From Limisphaerales bacterium (lineage in GTDB: Bacteria > Verrucomicrobiota > Verrucomicrobiia > Limisphaerales > BOG-1460): a DNA stretch of 64,000 bases. Below are positions 25,066-35,198 of this stretch, in pieces. The notes under the pieces were generated by a model. The model saw only the letters and a list, made by a program, of their open reading frames with translations. It did not search any database and had not been told where the DNA came from. Each line of letters opens with the position of its first letter. The first letter of the stretch is position 1. The stretch lies in assembly GCA_003159675.1 (NCBI GenBank), contig PLQC01000076.1:14899-78898 (forward strand), written 5' to 3'. The position numbers were made by a program, and so were the translations under genes.

Positions 25066-27888
25066 TCAGGCCCTCTGGCGCCGCAGTTCCGGATGCACGG
25101 TTTCCACCGCAGACCTGCGATCGAAAGGGGTTCCCAGAAATCGCGCCACGCGATCCACACCGGTCGAGGGATCCGCCAGCAGCGCCGCGAAGTTCACCGT
25201 CAGGATCCGCGCATGCGTCCGCCGGGAAAGCTGGTCCCGCACCCGATCGAGTTGCGCGGTGTAGGTATCGAGAAGCTGCTGCCGGTCCAGCTCCGCGCCG
25301 CGGCGGCCCTGGCGCGCCAGCATGGCGTTCTGCGAGGCGATGACCTCGTCCAGGTTGCGCTCCATCAGGAGAATGTGATAGTGCTCGTTCGGCGGGAGAA
25401 ATGGCAGCAACTGTGCCACGATCTTCACCACCTTTCCGCGCGCCTCCGGCAGCCAGGAGGCGTCCTTCGACAGGTGCAACGTCTTTTCGAATTCGAAATA
25501 GCCCAGCGGATTGTCTTCGTCCGCGGCCCGCTTTGAGTCGGTCAATGCTTCCAATCCGGCGGCGGTCAGAAGTTGCATCATCATCGACGTGCCGCTGCGA
25601 GGCAACCCTGAGACCACCGTGATGATCCGCTTGGCGTCCACGGGCGGATCGAACGGCACGGGAATGGAGTCGCTTTCGGCGGGCGGTCGCCCTGTTTCCT
25701 CCGGCACGTCTTGTGGCCGGGGGTCGGCGGCGGCGCGCGAAGCTCCGGCGCGTTCGCGCTCCGCCAGCTCGTGGCGGAGCGAAAGTGCGCGGCCTTCGTG
25801 TGCGAAGGCGTCCGCCGGCCGGTGCAGGTGCTGCCGATACAGCACGCCCAATAGTTCGTGTGCCGCCAAGTTGCGGGGGGATTGCGCGACCGCCACCAGA
25901 AGTTCCCGTTCGGCCTCGGGGAACTTGTCAGCTTCCATCAATGCCCGTCCGAGCAGAGCATGGACGCCGGGCTGGAAATAAACCAGGCTGAGGGACTCGG
26001 CCGCGGCGTCGATCGCCTCATCGAGCCGGCCCGCCTTGAGATAAACTCCGGCCAGTTGGGCATGGACCAGCGCATTTTCCGGGTCGGACTCGAGCGCCTC
26101 GCGCAGTAAGGTTTCGGCCGGCTCGAGGTCGCCGAACTCCGCCAGCGCGCCGGCCACACCCAGGCCCAAGCCGGCGTTCAACACGTCGGCTTCGGCCAAT
26201 ATCTTGAAATAGCGACGTGCTTCTGCGGGACGGTGCTCGAGGACAGCTTGGCCGGCGAGGAGCCATTCCATCAGGAGCGGACGTCCCTGGGCCAGCTCCC
26301 GCCATTGGCGCTCTTCAAATTGGGCGCGCTTGTCCTCGTCGGCGGCCGGCGCCGCTTCCTGACCCTGTTCCCGGGCTTTCCGCTCTTCGAGGCGCGCCAA
26401 CTCGGCTTTTGCCTCGATCTGGTAGAGTTCGATTCGCCGCCCCAGCTCCTCGACAGCGGCGCGCCGCCGCGCCACCTGGCCAAGGGGACCGAGGCAATCC
26501 AGCAGCAATAGGCCGAAGCGATGCTCTCTGGGCCATCGCATCCACAACTCCTCGGCCAGGGCTGCCGCCTCGCTGCAGCAATTCCCGTCCCGATAGGCCC
26601 GCGCGAGGTTGTATTTGAGTTCACACACACATTCGTTGACGTTTTCCTCGACGTTCGCCCCCGGTGGCGCCACATACCCCAGGTCCACCAGTTGTTTGAA
26701 GGCTTGGGCCGAAGCCACCGGATCCAATTGCGTCGCCGGCGGATGGGTTCCGGCGTCTCCCGGCACGCCGTCCCAGCTCTCGATCGGTTCGACTCGGGGC
26801 AGTTCCTTGAACGCCGTCAATAGAACCTTTCCATCCATGTCCCTGGCCGGCGGAAGACCGAACAGCGTGAGGAGGGTCGGGCAAATGTCGAGCAGGCTGG
26901 CGCCGTAAATCGGTTCACCCGTTCGCAGCGACGGGCCTTTCATGCACAGAATGCCGAAATGACGATGCTCGACCGCCGGGCCCGCCGGCTCGGCCGGCAC
27001 ATATCCGGACCGCAGATGATCGGGGTGGAAACCATGATCGCTCATCAGGATCACCGTGGTGTTCTCATCGGCGAACCCTAACAACACTCCCAGCATCGCG
27101 TCATGATAGCGATAGGCATTGGCGACAACATCCTGGTAGATCGCAAAATCCTCCTCGCTCACCCAGGGCAACCGCGGCGGGTGGTAGCTCATGAAGGCGT
27201 GCTCGAAATGGTCGATTCCGCTGTAATAAACCGCGGCGAAATCCCATTCCTGCGTCGCCAGCAATTCCGTCGCTGCCGCGTGGACAGACATCGTTTCCGC
27301 AATGATTTTGCCCAGGGAGTGAAGGCGCTTGTCCGTGACCTGGTCCACTTTCTCGTACTCGGGCACGAACAACCGGATGAATTCGCCGCTCAACTCCATG
27401 GGATTCACCCGCAATTCCGCCAGCGATGCGGCGAGGGAAGGCGGATGAACCATCCCCGGCGGCAATGGCCTCGATGTTCCGGGTTCTCCGGCGGAATTCT
27501 GGAAATGGTTCGATACCATCACACCGTTCAGCGGTTCAGCGGGGTGCGAAGGCCACCAACCCACCACCAGGGAGCGGTGGCCGGTTTGATTGAGAATATT
27601 CCAGACCGCCTTGGTTTTGCGCGACAGCAGGGTGATCGGACGCACCCCGGAACCATCCGGCAACGGTTCGGAGAACCCGTGGATGCCGTGTTTGTAGGCT
27701 CGTTTGCCCGTGGCAATCGAGGTCCAAAGCATCGGGCTCAGCACCGGGTAAATCGTCGCCACGTTGCCGTGCACGCCCTCGGCCATGAACCGGGCCAGGT
27801 TCGGCATCCGGCCGGCATCGAGCAGCGGCCGGATCACTTTCCAGTCAGCCGCATCCCAACCGATGAGCAACACGCGTGCTTTGGGCAT
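25066..27888 (-). CDS. Three-part fusion: alkaline-phosphatase-superfamily (type I phosphodiesterase/nucleotide pyrophosphatase-like), TPR repeats, sulfotransferase
   Basis: 940 aa. N-terminus VLLIGWDAADWKV...LWTSIATG is typical of AP-family enzymes. The central Ala/Leu-rich part has TPR character. The C-terminus IITVVSGLPRSGTSMMMQLL resembles the PAPS 5-prime-phosphosulfate-binding loop of sulfotransferases. Confidence 0.65.
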   Translation of the reverse strand: MPKARVLLIGWDAADWKVIRPLLDAGRMPNLARFMAEGVHGNVATIYPVLSPMLWTSIATGKRAYKHGIHGFSEPLPDGSGVRPITLLSRKTKAVWNILNQTGHRSLVVGWWPSHPAEPLNGVMVSNHFQNSAGEPGTSRPLPPGMVHPPSLAASLAELRVNPMELSGEFIRLFVPEYEKVDQVTDKRLHSLGKIIAETMSVHAAATELLATQEWDFAAVYYSGIDHFEHAFMSYHPPRLPWVSEEDFAIYQDVVANAYRYHDAMLGVLLGFADENTTVILMSDHGFHPDHLRSGYVPAEPAGPAVEHRHFGILCMKGPSLRTGEPIYGASLLDICPTLLTLFGLPPARDMDGKVLLTAFKELPRVEPIESWDGVPGDAGTHPPATQLDPVASAQAFKQLVDLGYVAPPGANVEENVNECVCELKYNLARAYRDGNCCSEAAALAEELWMRWPREHRFGLLLLDCLGPLGQVARRRAAVEELGRRIELYQIEAKAELARLEERKAREQGQEAAPAADEDKRAQFEERQWRELAQGRPLLMEWLLAGQAVLEHRPAEARRYFKILAEADVLNAGLGLGVAGALAEFGDLEPAETLLREALESDPENALVHAQLAGVYLKAGRLDEAIDAAAESLSLVYFQPGVHALLGRALMEADKFPEAERELLVAVAQSPRNLAAHELLGVLYRQHLHRPADAFAHEGRALSLRHELAERERAGASRAAADPRPQDVPEETGRPPAESDSIPVPFDPPVDAKRIITVVSGLPRSGTSMMMQLLTAAGLEALTDSKRAADEDNPLGYFEFEKTLHLSKDASWLPEARGKVVKIVAQLLPFLPPNEHYHILLMERNLDEVIASQNAMLARQGRRGAELDRQQLLDTYTAQLDRVRDQLSRRTHARILTVNFAALLADPSTGVDRVARFLGTPFDRRSAVETVHPELRRQRA

Positions 27889-28000
27889 AAAAAGCCATTG
27901 CTGAAAACACCGCCGGTGGACACAACCATGGCCTGACCGTAAACCGGGTTAAATCAAGCCGAATGAGTTAATGAGGTGGACGAGGAAAAAGCAAGTCGCG

Positions 28001-28702
28001 TCAGGACTTGCCCGGGACGACACGGTTCCGGCGCCAGGAGCGCAGGCCCTTTGCCCCAAAAGTCAACGCACCCAAAGCCAGGAGCGCAGCCGAGGAGGGT
28101 TCGGGAACTTCACCCGCACCCGTGACAATCTGAGCCCCGGTCGTGTCGTACGCGTAACCGTAAAGGGTGACGTTCGGGTCCGTGGAGGTGCTGTTGCTCA
28201 AACTGATTTCCGCCCAGCCGTAGAGCTGGGCGTTTCCCTGAGCGGTATCTCGAAACGAAAACGATAGATATTCGTGGGTGGTGTAGCTGCCCGGGTTGTG
28301 ATTCGTAAAGGCCAAATCGCTGGTCGCCTTCGCGATCGCCGGCTTGTTGTAGAGCAGGTAGGCGTTGTTCCAAGATGCCCCTTTCCCGCGCTGCAGCGCG
28401 AAGCCCCCGACGCCTTGAACGGAGGCCGCAACCGCTCCGCCCAGCTTGCCGACAACCACGCTCCGGTAATAGGTAAAGCCAGTGCTCCTGCGTTTCACCT
28501 GGAAACCAAATTGCACCTGGCCCGGAAATGACAGACTGAAGGAGTTGACCCCGTTCGCACCCACCGTGACAGGACTGGAAGTCAGATCCGTATAAATGAT
28601 ATCCGCACTTGCCGATTGCGGCATGGCAACGGCCCCGGTGGCCAATGCTAGCAAGGAAACCAACTTGGCCGGGTCACTCTTTCTCGCGACAGGTGTGTTC
28701 AT
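28001..28702 (-). CDS. PEP-CTERM sorting-domain protein
   Basis: ATG at 28702. Signal KLVSLLALATGAVAMPQSASA. C-terminal VPEPSSAALLALGALTFGAKGLRSWRRNR (PEP motif, TM helix, basic tail). Confidence 0.8.
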   Translation of the reverse strand: MNTPVARKSDPAKLVSLLALATGAVAMPQSASADIIYTDLTSSPVTVGANGVNSFSLSFPGQVQFGFQVKRRSTGFTYYRSVVVGKLGGAVAASVQGVGGFALQRGKGASWNNAYLLYNKPAIAKATSDLAFTNHNPGSYTTHEYLSFSFRDTAQGNAQLYGWAEISLSNSTSTDPNVTLYGYAYDTTGAQIVTGAGEVPEPSSAALLALGALTFGAKGLRSWRRNRVVPGKS

Positions 28703-28938
28703 GATGTGAGATATCGGAAGTTTCTTCTCGTTATCGATTGTCTGTTTATGTGCATCCACTTTCCAGGTCCGAAACCGGCTTACGAGGTGAATGTTCGCTG
28801 CGTAGAGCGTACTGTCAAGCACGAAAAGGCATAAAAAAGACGCAACCGGCCGAATTATTCCGGCTTGCCACGGCCCTGCGCGGTGTACCACTTTGATTCC
28901 TGTCGGGGAAGCTGTGCCGTCCGCTGAAAGGAAAAACA

Positions 28939-31900
28939 ATGGAAGCACCGGAATTCGTCTTCGTCGCATTGGTTCTGGGAGTTCCCATCGCTCTGGCCAT
29001 CTGGCTCATCGTGCGCGCCGTCGCCGCCCGCAACCGCATTGAAGAACTCTCCCGCCGGCTAGGCGCATTGGAGTCGGAAGTTTTCCACCTCAGGAAAGAA
29101 CGGGAAACAGGCCCGGCCGAACCGGTCGCGGCGCCGGCAGTCGCACTCTCGACAATGGCCCGGGTTCCCATCACAAGCCCGGTACCGGCAGACACGTTGC
29201 CCCGGCCGGAGCCGGCGCGAACACCTGTCCCCCCGCCGGTGCTCAAGCCAGTCATAACTCCATTTTCCACACCTCCGCCGTTGCCAGAAACGGTCGCCGC
29301 CTCGTCCGCCGCGGCGCCGCCGGTTGCCGCAACCAAAGCAGAGCCATGGCGCGCGCCCGAACCGGCGCCAACATCGGTACCTTCGATCAATTGGGAACAG
29401 TTTTTGGGCGTGAAAGGGTTTGCTTACGCGGGCGGCCTCGCCGCATTCCTGGGAGTGGCGTTGTTTGTAAAATACTCGTTCGACAGAAATTGGGTGACGC
29501 CCGAACTTCGAGTCGCTCTGGGTTTTCTCACCGGCCTCGGCCTGTTGATCGTGGGGGCCTGGCTGCATCGGCGGAAACAATATACGGTCGGCGCGCAAAC
29601 CTTGTGCGCCACGGGCGTCCTCATCCTCTACGCCGTCACGTTCGCGTGCCGCTCGATCTATCACTTCCAGTTTTTCGGCACGATCCCGACGTTCCTGTTG
29701 ATGGTGTTGATTACGACGACGGCCTTCCTGCTCGCCGTGCGGCTCAACGCCATGGTCGTCGCCATCCTCGGCATGTTGGGAGGTTTTCTCACCCCCATCC
29801 TGCTCTCCACCGGCCAGGACAATCCGCTCGGCCTGTTCGGTTACATTGCCATTCTCGACGCCGGCCTGATTGTGGTGGCGCTCCATCGCCGCTGGTTCTT
29901 CCTGGCGGCCCTCGCCGCCGCGGGAACGGTTCTCATGCAAATCGGCTGGGCGGTCAAGTTCTTCGTCGCTGAAAAGTATTTCGAGGGGAACAAGATCCTG
30001 ATTGCAATGGCGGTTTTGTTGGGGTTCAACGCGCTTTATCTTGCCGCCACCGGGTGGGCAAGGTTTCGCCAACAGGCAAATGCATGGTTTTCGGGGTCCG
30101 CGCTGGGTTTGGCTGCCGTGACGCTCGGCTTTACCGCCTCGTTTCTGACGTTCGCACCGCTCGCGCAACGACCGTGGTTGATGTTCGGCTTCGTGTTCAT
30201 CGTCGATCTGATCGTGACGACGCTGGTGCTGCTGGACGGGAGCATCGTTCCCGCGCAACCCGTCGCCGGGCTCGCCGTTTTCGCCCTCCTCGCTTTCTGG
30301 ACGTCCCAATCGCTCAACAACGAACTGCTCAACGCCGCACTGACGTTTTACTTCGTCTTTGCCATCGTCCACTCGGCCTTCCCGGTGTGGATGCGGCGCC
30401 GGCGCGGCGTCACGTTCCCACTCTGGGGCAGCCGGGTCTTCCCGCCCCTCGCGCTCGTCCTGGTGCTGATTCCGATCTTCCAGCTCGCGAAAATTTCCTT
30501 TCTCGTCTGGCCGTTTGTCCTGCTGGTGGACGTGCTGGCCATCGGCCTGGCCGTGTTGACCGCCTCGCTGTTGCCGGTGTTGACGGTCATGCTGTTGACC
30601 CTCGCCGCCACCGGCGCGCTGATTTTCAAAATCCCCGCGACGCTGACCGGTCTGCCGATCTCGTTTTTCCTGCTCGGCGTGTTTTCGGTCTTCTTCGTCG
30701 CCGTCAGCGCGTGGGCGGTGCGCAGGCTGAAACCCGGCTTGGTCGGCAAAACCGTCCGTCTCGACGACGATGCCCTGCAACCGGAAAATCTGGCGGCGTT
30801 GCTGCCCGCGTGCTCGGCGGCGCTGCCGTTCCTGCTGCTGATCATGGCCACGCTGCGACTGCCGCTCGCCAATCCCTCGCCCGTCTTCGGGCTGGCACTG
30901 TTGCTGGTCGTGCTGCTGCTGGGCGTGACGAAACTGTTCTCCCAGGACTGGCTGCCGGCGGTCGGGCTGGTGTGCGTAACGGCGCTGGAAAGCGCCTGGC
31001 ACTTCAACCGGTTCGATCCCGCCAATCCGACCACGCCATTGGCCTGGTATGTGATTTTCCTGGCTGTGTTCGCGCTGTTCCCGTTCCTGTTCCTGCGGCA
31101 GTTCGGTAACAAGGTTGTTCCGTGGGCCACGGCCGCCTTGGCCGGACCCCCTCAGTTTTTCCTGATGCATCGCCTCATCGCGGCCGCGTATCCGAATCCT
31201 GTCATGGGTCTGTTGCCGGCGGCCTTCGCCCTCCCTTCGCTGCTGAGCCTGGTGCTGGTTTTGAAAAGGGCTTCCGCCGCGAACACCGCGAGGGTGGCGC
31301 AACTCGCCTGGTTCGGCGGCGTGGCGTTGTTCTTCATCACGTTGATTTTCCCGATCCAATTCGACCGCCAATGGATCACCATCGGCTGGGCGCTGGAAGG
31401 CGCGGCATTGCTGTGGCTGTTCCATCGCGTGCCGCACCCGGGACTGCGGCTCGCGGGCACGGGACTGCTCATGGCCGCCTTTGCGCGGCTTGCCCTCAAT
31501 CCCGCCGTGCTCGAATATCATGCGCGCAGCACGACGCCGATTTGGAACTGGTACCTCTACGCGTATGGCATCGTGACGGCCTGTCTGTTCCTCGGCGCCC
31601 GTCTGCTCGCGCCGCCGCGCCACCAGGTCCTGGGCGTCAACACGCCGCCGATCCTGGCCGCGCTGGGAACCGTGCTCGCCTTCCTGCTGTTGAACATTGA
31701 AATCGCCGACTTCTTCAGCGAACCCGGCTCGACGCTGACGTTCCAGTTCAGCGGCAACTTCGCGCGCGACATGACCTATTCCATCGCCTGGGCACTCTTC
31801 GCCCTGGTGCTGCTGGGCGCCGGCATCACGAAAAAACTTCGCGCTCCGCGTTATGCCGCGCTCGGGCTGTTAAGCGTGACCCTGATCAAACTATTCCTTC

Positions 31901-32046
31901 ATGACCTGGCGCATCTCGCCCAGCTTTACCGCATCGGGGCATTTATCAGCGTGGCGGCGATCGCAATGCTGGCGTCGTTCGCCTATCAACGCTTCTTCTC
32001 GGCCGATCTCAAAACGAAGGAATCCAGGAATGAAACAGAGTCATAA
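28939..32046 (+). CDS. Large polytopic membrane protein, DUF2339-like architecture
   Basis: 1035 aa. N-terminal TM helix, then a short coiled coil (RNRIEELSRRLGALESEVFHLRKE), a Pro-rich linker and more than 20 TM helices. Confidence 0.65.
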   Translation: MEAPEFVFVALVLGVPIALAIWLIVRAVAARNRIEELSRRLGALESEVFHLRKERETGPAEPVAAPAVALSTMARVPITSPVPADTLPRPEPARTPVPPPVLKPVITPFSTPPPLPETVAASSAAAPPVAATKAEPWRAPEPAPTSVPSINWEQFLGVKGFAYAGGLAAFLGVALFVKYSFDRNWVTPELRVALGFLTGLGLLIVGAWLHRRKQYTVGAQTLCATGVLILYAVTFACRSIYHFQFFGTIPTFLLMVLITTTAFLLAVRLNAMVVAILGMLGGFLTPILLSTGQDNPLGLFGYIAILDAGLIVVALHRRWFFLAALAAAGTVLMQIGWAVKFFVAEKYFEGNKILIAMAVLLGFNALYLAATGWARFRQQANAWFSGSALGLAAVTLGFTASFLTFAPLAQRPWLMFGFVFIVDLIVTTLVLLDGSIVPAQPVAGLAVFALLAFWTSQSLNNELLNAALTFYFVFAIVHSAFPVWMRRRRGVTFPLWGSRVFPPLALVLVLIPIFQLAKISFLVWPFVLLVDVLAIGLAVLTASLLPVLTVMLLTLAATGALIFKIPATLTGLPISFFLLGVFSVFFVAVSAWAVRRLKPGLVGKTVRLDDDALQPENLAALLPACSAALPFLLLIMATLRLPLANPSPVFGLALLLVVLLLGVTKLFSQDWLPAVGLVCVTALESAWHFNRFDPANPTTPLAWYVIFLAVFALFPFLFLRQFGNKVVPWATAALAGPPQFFLMHRLIAAAYPNPVMGLLPAAFALPSLLSLVLVLKRASAANTARVAQLAWFGGVALFFITLIFPIQFDRQWITIGWALEGAALLWLFHRVPHPGLRLAGTGLLMAAFARLALNPAVLEYHARSTTPIWNWYLYAYGIVTACLFLGARLLAPPRHQVLGVNTPPILAALGTVLAFLLLNIEIADFFSEPGSTLTFQFSGNFARDMTYSIAWALFALVLLGAGITKKLRAPRYAALGLLSVTLIKLFLHDLAHLAQLYRIGAFISVAAIAMLASFAYQRFFSADLKTKESRNETES

Positions 32047-34081
32047 CCAGAGGCATCCCGGAAGCCTGTTCGAGCAACTCAGTCTCAACGTCGCCGCGGG
32101 TTGCGTTTGCGCATTGGTTTGGACTTGCCCCGCAACAGCCGCTCCTTTACCCGCGGATTGGCAGCACGAACAGCCGTTCAACGTGCCGGCACCCGGCCTG
32201 GTGAAGTTGAGTCTGCCGGTCGAAACCCTCGATGCCGCCCGCTCCGGACTCGAAGACCTACGCCTCCAGGACGACGCGGGCAGTGAAGTGCCTTATCTCA
32301 TCGCACGCCCCGCTCCGGCGGCGAGAATCAGCCAAAGGGCAAAATCCTTTCAGGTCTCGTTGAACCCGGGCGGCACAGTCATCACGCTCGAAACAGGTCT
32401 GCGGCAACCGATCGACGGCATTACGCTTGACAGTCCCGCAACCGGTTTCATCAAGCCGGTGAAGGTCGAGGGTTCCAACGATGGGAGCCGCTGGCAAACG
32501 CTGACCCAAGGCCAACCCATCTTCCGCCAGCCCAACGGCGCCGGCCAATTGCACCTGGATCTGCCGCCGCACGAGTGGGCGTGGCTGCGACTGACCGTGG
32601 ACGACCAACGCTCGCAACCGGTCCCGTTCACCGGCGCCCGCGTCCAGGTGGCGGCGGGCGCCTCGGCCCCTAACGAACGGCTGCCCGTCACGATTGCCGA
32701 GCGAAATGAGAATCCCGGCGAAACCCGGCTCACGCTGGATCTGGGCGCGGCAAATCTGGATGTGGCCTCGGTTCAAATCGAAACGGCCGAACCTTTGTTC
32801 ACCCGGCAGGTGACCCTGGCGGTGCCGCAGGTCCTGGAGGATTCCGTTCGCGAACAGACCGTGGCACAGAGTGTCCTCTACCGCGTCGCCATCGAAGGCC
32901 AACCGGTTTCTTCCAATCTCACCGTCTCGCTGGAAACCCTGGTTCGCTCGCGGGAATTGCTGTTGCTCATCAGGAATCAGGATAGTCCGCCATTGTCCAT
33001 CTCTGCGGTGCGGGCCGAACGGCGGCCGGTTTACCTCGTGTTTCTCGCGCGACAGGCGGGGACTTATCATCTGCTGACCGGCAACGCCCGTTGCGCCGCT
33101 CCGAGTTACGATCTGGCCGCGCTGGGCGCGAACCTAGAAACCGCGCCGGTTTTGCCCATCAAACTTCCGGCGCCGGCCGATAATCCGAATTATCGCGCCC
33201 CGGAAGTTCTGTCCGGCATTGAAGCACAGGGGGCAACGCTGGACGTGTCGGCGTGGAAATTCCGCAAGGCGGTCCAACTCACCCGCACCGGAGCGCAGCA
33301 GGTTGAGCTGGACCTCGATACGCTTTCGCGGGCACAGCCGGATTTTGAAGACGTCCGCCTCCTGCGCGAGGGCCGACAACTGCCTTACATCCTCGAACGC
33401 ACTTCCATCAGCCGCTCGCTGACGCCGGCGGTGACCGCAACGAACGACTCAAAAAAACCGAAGCTGAGCCGCTGGATCGTCAAACTCCCGCATCCCCATC
33501 TGCCCGTTACGCGGCTGAGTTGCGCCGTGCCGACGGCGCTGTTCCAGCGCGACCTGGCGCTGTACGAGGAAGTGACCGACGAACGGGGCGAATCGTACCG
33601 GCGCCCGCTGGGTGCGGCGTCCTGGGTTCAAACCCCCGGGCATAGGAGCCGGGAATTCTTCATGACGCTCGACACTTCGCCCCGAAGCGACGTGCTGTTC
33701 CTGGAAACGCAGAACGGCGACAACCCGCGGATTGAACTGGATCAGTTCCGGCTGTTCTATCCCGCGACGCGGCTTTTGTTCAAAGCCGGGCGCGAAGATC
33801 ACGTTTTCCTCTATTATGGCAATCCGGAGGTGGCGGCACCGCGATACGATCTCAGCCTGGTGGCCGACCAGTTGTTGACCGCGGACAAGGCAACGGCGTC
33901 GCTGGCCGCTCCGGAACAACTCAGGAAACCGTCGTGGGGCGAGGGCCGGGCACCGCGAATAGGCGGCGTGCTCTTCTGGGGAATTCTGGCGCTCGTCGTC
34001 GTGGTCCTCCTGGTCATCATTGGCCGCCTGCTGCCGAAATCGCCGCCGCTCGAAAGCACCAGGCCCGGAATGGACAAATAA
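32030..34081 (+). CDS. Secreted protein with C-terminal TM anchor, DUF3999-like (usual partner of DUF2339)
   Basis: ATG at 32030 overlaps the end of the upstream gene by 17 nt. Signal sequence present. C-terminal TM helix VLFWGILALVVVVLLVIIGRLL. Family assignment is from memory of the gene pairing only. Confidence 0.5.
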   Translation: MKQSHNQRHPGSLFEQLSLNVAAGCVCALVWTCPATAAPLPADWQHEQPFNVPAPGLVKLSLPVETLDAARSGLEDLRLQDDAGSEVPYLIARPAPAARISQRAKSFQVSLNPGGTVITLETGLRQPIDGITLDSPATGFIKPVKVEGSNDGSRWQTLTQGQPIFRQPNGAGQLHLDLPPHEWAWLRLTVDDQRSQPVPFTGARVQVAAGASAPNERLPVTIAERNENPGETRLTLDLGAANLDVASVQIETAEPLFTRQVTLAVPQVLEDSVREQTVAQSVLYRVAIEGQPVSSNLTVSLETLVRSRELLLLIRNQDSPPLSISAVRAERRPVYLVFLARQAGTYHLLTGNARCAAPSYDLAALGANLETAPVLPIKLPAPADNPNYRAPEVLSGIEAQGATLDVSAWKFRKAVQLTRTGAQQVELDLDTLSRAQPDFEDVRLLREGRQLPYILERTSISRSLTPAVTATNDSKKPKLSRWIVKLPHPHLPVTRLSCAVPTALFQRDLALYEEVTDERGESYRRPLGAASWVQTPGHRSREFFMTLDTSPRSDVLFLETQNGDNPRIELDQFRLFYPATRLLFKAGREDHVFLYYGNPEVAAPRYDLSLVADQLLTADKATASLAAPEQLRKPSWGEGRAPRIGGVLFWGILALVVVVLLVIIGRLLPKSPPLESTRPGMDK

Positions 34082-34180
34082 TGCGCGGTGTGGCCAATAT
34101 GAACACACTCCTGTGCCACCGGCGGCAGGGGAAAAAGAGTCAGGTTGCCGCTTGAGAAAACGAACCGCGAACCGGCCCCA

Positions 34181-34960
34181 TCACAGCCCGGGCGTCGGGG
34201 TCTCTTTGCGCCGCCATGCGCGCAAGCCTTTCGCGCCCACTATCAGTGCCCCCAAGGCCAGGAAGGCCGCGGATGAAGGTTCGGGGATTGAGGTGGCGCC
34301 CGCGGCTATGAAAGCCCCAGTGTCATCGTACGCGTAGCCGTAGATGGTTACGTTGGGACCAGTGGTGGTATCCAGGTTGCCATTGGTCAAGAGGATTTCG
34401 GCCCAACCATAGCGAATGGCACCGCCTTCTGTGCTGTCGCTGAACTCAAAAGCCAGGTATTTATGGTCGCTGTAGGTGGCCGGTAAATACGATGAAACGG
34501 TATGCGCACCGTTGAATTGTGTACGCCTCGCCACACCGATTGCAGGGCCATTGGCTGTACTTTGACCCTGCCAGACATCGCCCTTGGCATGTGGGACCAC
34601 AAGATAGTTGATTGCATTGAATTTAACGGATCCGCGACTTTGGTACACATTGAGAGTGCGACGGTGGGAACTACGAACTGACCCGCTCGCTTCCACGGTA
34701 TTCCCGGTATCTTGCCTCCGATCGATCTTAAACCCGGCGTTGCCAGGCAAGATGAAGTCATATTGGGCAACGCCCGAGTAGCCCACAGTAACCGGACTGG
34801 AACTCAAATCAGTGAAGATGATATCGGCGTTGGTCGTTTGAGGCATCGCCGCTGCGCCTGCGGCCAGCGCCAGGAGGGAAACCAGCTTGGTGGAATCGAC
34901 TCGACTGGCGGCAGACGTTGTCCGTGGGAAAGGTTCTGTGCTGCTCGAATTCATAATCAT
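34181..34960 (-). CDS. PEP-CTERM sorting-domain protein, paralog of 28001-28702
   Basis: Shared N-terminus KLVSLLALAAGAAAMPQTTNADIIFTDLSSSPVTVG. C-terminal IPEPSSAAFLALGALIVGAKGLRAWRRKE. Start could be 34960 or 34954. Confidence 0.8.
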   Translation of the reverse strand: MIMNSSSTEPFPRTTSAASRVDSTKLVSLLALAAGAAAMPQTTNADIIFTDLSSSPVTVGYSGVAQYDFILPGNAGFKIDRRQDTGNTVEASGSVRSSHRRTLNVYQSRGSVKFNAINYLVVPHAKGDVWQGQSTANGPAIGVARRTQFNGAHTVSSYLPATYSDHKYLAFEFSDSTEGGAIRYGWAEILLTNGNLDTTTGPNVTIYGYAYDDTGAFIAAGATSIPEPSSAAFLALGALIVGAKGLRAWRRKETPTPGL

Positions 34961-35198
34961 AAATGTTCCACCGTAATGGCTCATTAAGCACTAATCTCTT
35001 CGGTTAGACGTGCTCATTCTCCATGCGCAAAGCGGTGTGTCAAGCGGGAAAGGCGGAATACCACCTTGGGAATTTCGTCAGATGCGTTTGACGGCAGGGC
35101 CGCGCTGCTGCGCAGCCTCGGACGTCCCGCAGGTCGTCCCTACCGGTGAAATGAAGACACTGCCTGGCGGTGAAATCTCCTATGTGCGCCTCGTCGGT

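Noticed and set aside
29059-31623. 854-aa minus-strand ORF
   Set aside because: It is antisense to the DUF2339-like membrane gene. The translation is extremely R/Q/E/G/H-rich with no domain features, so it is a shadow ORF. The same reasoning applies to 56735-58153, 47628-49073, 45166-46338, 42149-43132, 7210-8028, 13737-14810 and similar antisense ORFs.
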